Below are positions 61,579-64,000 of a stretch of 64,000 nucleotides of DNA, one piece after another (the first letter of the stretch is position 1; the number at the start of each line of letters is the position of its first letter). Both the position numbers and the translations under genes were made by a program. The notes under the pieces are model-generated. The model was not told where the DNA came from and did not search any database. It saw only the letters and a list, made by a program, of their open reading frames with translations. Origin of the DNA: Oopsacas minuta (lineage: Eukaryota > Animalia > Porifera); the NCBI GenBank assembly GCA_024704765.1, contig JAKMXF010000327.1, positions 14,195 through 78,194 on the forward strand, written 5' to 3'.

Positions 61579-62043
61579 CAGTAAAACCTCCAAAAGGTGA
61601 ACACCCTGCGGACCAGCAAAAATGTTCACTTTTGAGAGGTGTTCACTTTTCATGATTTATCATAAAGCGTTTTTTCGACAACCAATGGTAGTAAAATGTG
61701 TGAAAGCATTGTACAGACAAATATGTTGTCTCTTCTGTCCATTATATGAGGAAACCTCTAGTATATTGTGAAGCCACATCATCAAACACCCCGGTTTTCA
61801 CAACTAGTGTGATAACAAAGCTGACAGCCTAATCAGAAATCTGTCAGAAAAACTGATGTTCACTTGTAAGAGGTCATATCTTAAACAATTTTGACATTTG
61901 GGACCAAATTAAGTGTTCACATTTCACTTTTCAGAAGTGTTCAAATTATAAAGGGGTGACCACTATGTAAAACAATGGGAAAAATTTAGGACCAAGAAAA
62001 AGTGTTCCTATTTTGGAGGTGTTCACTTTTGGAAGTTTTACTG
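61579..62043. mobile_element. Tc1/pogo-type MITE (465 bp)
   Basis: TA|CAGTAAAACCTCCAAAAGGTGAACACC...GGTGTTCACTTTTGGAAGTTTTACTG|TA. Confidence 0.9.
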
Positions 62044-62874
62044 TATATGCATTATACCCGAACTTGGCGGGAATGCTTCAAAGCATCTTCAGCCCATCTA
62101 CAGTAAGTCTCCTCAAATCAGGTCAGCCTACAGCAGGGCTCTCAACCTGGGAACTTCAAAATCGTGAAAAATGACAATATTCATATGGTAAGTAAACTTG
62201 ATACGGGCGGTGGACCTGAAACAAGTCCACCTAACAGTAGCCTTATGGATGTGATCACAAATAAATTGAGTTGTTTTTCGAACTAGAGTGTTATTGTATC
62301 TCATTAAATCAGTATGAGCACTGAGTAATCAAAACAGGTCATTTTGAACACCATACATACTATATTTTGCCTTTCCATTTTTTATGTTGAATTCTAGATT
62401 CTTTTACAAAATGAGAGGTTTCCTCTCAATGTGCTCATTCTACATTTTAATGAGCAATAACCCTATAGTTGGAATATACACTCGATCTATTCATGATTAC
62501 ATTCATACTAAAAATTTTCTAATTTCAGCATTTTTGCAATGTTCCAAGTTGCATATTATCACATTATAACGTGATGAAGTATATTGGACTTCAGATCCTG
62601 AATCTGCATGCTCAGAATAGTCTAGAACAACTTAACTTCGCAAGGGTACAGGGAAAATATCAAAAGTATATAAGCTACGATTCACATGCGAGCACATAGC
62701 GGTTTTAATTAAAGTTGAATTCACCCAAGTGTGACTTGAAAAAATATTTATGAAATAAGCGTGCTGCAGTCCAAAGAAGGTCTAGATTCTTGCATGGATA
62801 TATTTTCCGCATATAAGTAGAATATAGCTGCAACCGAACAGTAATATTCGGTTGCAACTTTGGTATATTCTACT

Positions 62875-63175
62875 TGTACGAGCCTTTGGTTCGTCGCTTC
62901 GCGATGAACTCGGCGCATTGCGCCTCAAAGTATCCATTATCCTCCAAATTGACGGCCCCTTTGAGTATTATAATATAGATATATTTAGAACAATGTAATT
63001 TACAAATACAAGTATATGGCATATATGTTATTGCATTATTAGTAGCCCTTGAGGTAAGCCTATACATATGTTTCGAGATTTGGATAATTTGTTTAACTTT
63101 ATATTCATAAAAACAATAATTATTATACATATGATTAATCCAAAAGTGGGAACATCGGATTCAGCATGTTCGACA
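62875..63175 (-). mobile_element. Helitron-like repeat, 3' part (a separate 5' fragment lies at 63640-63722)
   Basis: gagcctttggttcgtcgcttcgcg..gcgcattgcgcctc hairpin plus an atcggattcagcatgttc block. Region 63640-63722 has cctttccttgag..aacaaacagaca..ttaataatatagat. Confidence 0.75.
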
Positions 63176-64000
63176 TACTTTTGAGGCCAATGCTAGATAT
63201 TAAGTTTCTTTGAATATATCAAAATTGATATATGCATTTTAAACTCTCCTATTTTACATATATTAGTTACAACAAACTAGGACATAATTTCTTACCAATT
63301 CAGCTGAAAAATCAATTTATTCCATGAGAAACTATGACCAATTAGTGCTTTACGATTGCAAAACTGCTCGCACAATACTCTCAAAGCATATCTAAATGTA
63401 ATTAACTACATCTTGTTACGACCTACACTTTTTTATCAACTTTACAGATGACATCTAATTGAATTAAGATATGAGTTGATTTCACCTTGAATCTCTACAA
63501 TCAATCTTTATATTTGTAAGTCTGTAGAGTAAAATAATATTAGTTCAGAATATTTTCAAAATTTGATGAGGGGATGCTCTCTATTCAAATCTGCTCTCAA
63601 GAGCACATTAGATATTCTTATTGCTAAAGCAATAAATTCTACGAATTGGATACAACATTCCATAATTCCTTTCCTTGAGAATGAACAAACAGACATATAA
63701 CAATTGCAATTTAATAATATAGATTCTCTTCACAAAATACGTATAGCAGCCCGAAACGTATGTAGAAAGGGATTTCAAGTAGTTCGTAACCCTAGCTATT
63801 GCTATCATTGTTTAACCACATGTATTTACTATTTGCATCTAATTTATAGCTTAGATTTTCGTCTATTTAGGACACTATACTTTGTGGAAATTGATTTGAT
63901 ATTTTTTGAGATACACCCTTTTGAAGATAGGTTATAGCAACCACAGAGGAATTTATGGCTTCAAAATCTAATGAATTTCTACTTGAACAAAGAGCATACA

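Noticed and set aside
2790-63937. Short ORF-track entries overlapping real genes or repeats (e.g. 2810-3136, 8053-8280, 11367-11618, 17420-17761, 34384-34617, 35051-35239, 48750-48956)
   Set aside because: They are antisense or alternate-frame shadows of real CDSs, or chance ORFs in AT-rich repeats, with no recognisable motifs.
1-64000. tRNA, rRNA or canonical snRNA genes
   Set aside because: None were recognised by eye. A covariance-model scan would be needed to exclude divergent ones.

Overview
This is AT-rich, compact animal genomic DNA with GT-AG spliceosomal introns, so it is not prokaryotic. The gene content and the many intronless housekeeping genes best fit a compact-genome sponge such as a glass sponge; this is an inference and was not verified. 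I find 14 host protein genes, 13 on the minus strand: an HNF4/NR2-like nuclear receptor, an RNF213-like gene (multi-exon, cut at an N), RBM39 (13 exons reconstructed by hand), SH3BGRL (frameshifted and absent from the ORF track), IST1, MYCBP, survivin, SAMD15, a divergent actin, UTP4, CFAP141, MPDU1 and SNRNP40. The only plus-strand gene is a small Maf-like bZIP. Mobile DNA includes an intact Chapaev3-type transposon with TTA TSDs, remnants of mariner, Tigger/pogo, MULE and a CR1/L2-like LINE, many non-autonomous Helitron-like copies, and hAT and Tc1/pogo MITEs. Five observations stand out. (1) Co-oriented, mostly intronless genes carry splice-acceptor-like sequences just before their ATGs, suggesting trans-splicing or polycistronic organisation. 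(2) A hairpin with 528-bp, ~99% identical arms arose by inverted duplication of the 5' half of a pseudogene from an uncharacterised HDAxGY/GPGY family. (3) The actin paralogue has lost its catalytic residues. (4) Two transcription factors have altered DNA-recognition residues. (5) A second, 2.8-kb foldback structure is present. The single Ns at 1362 and 7861 coincide with homology breakpoints and probably mark assembly joins. All gene models and identity values were derived by eye.
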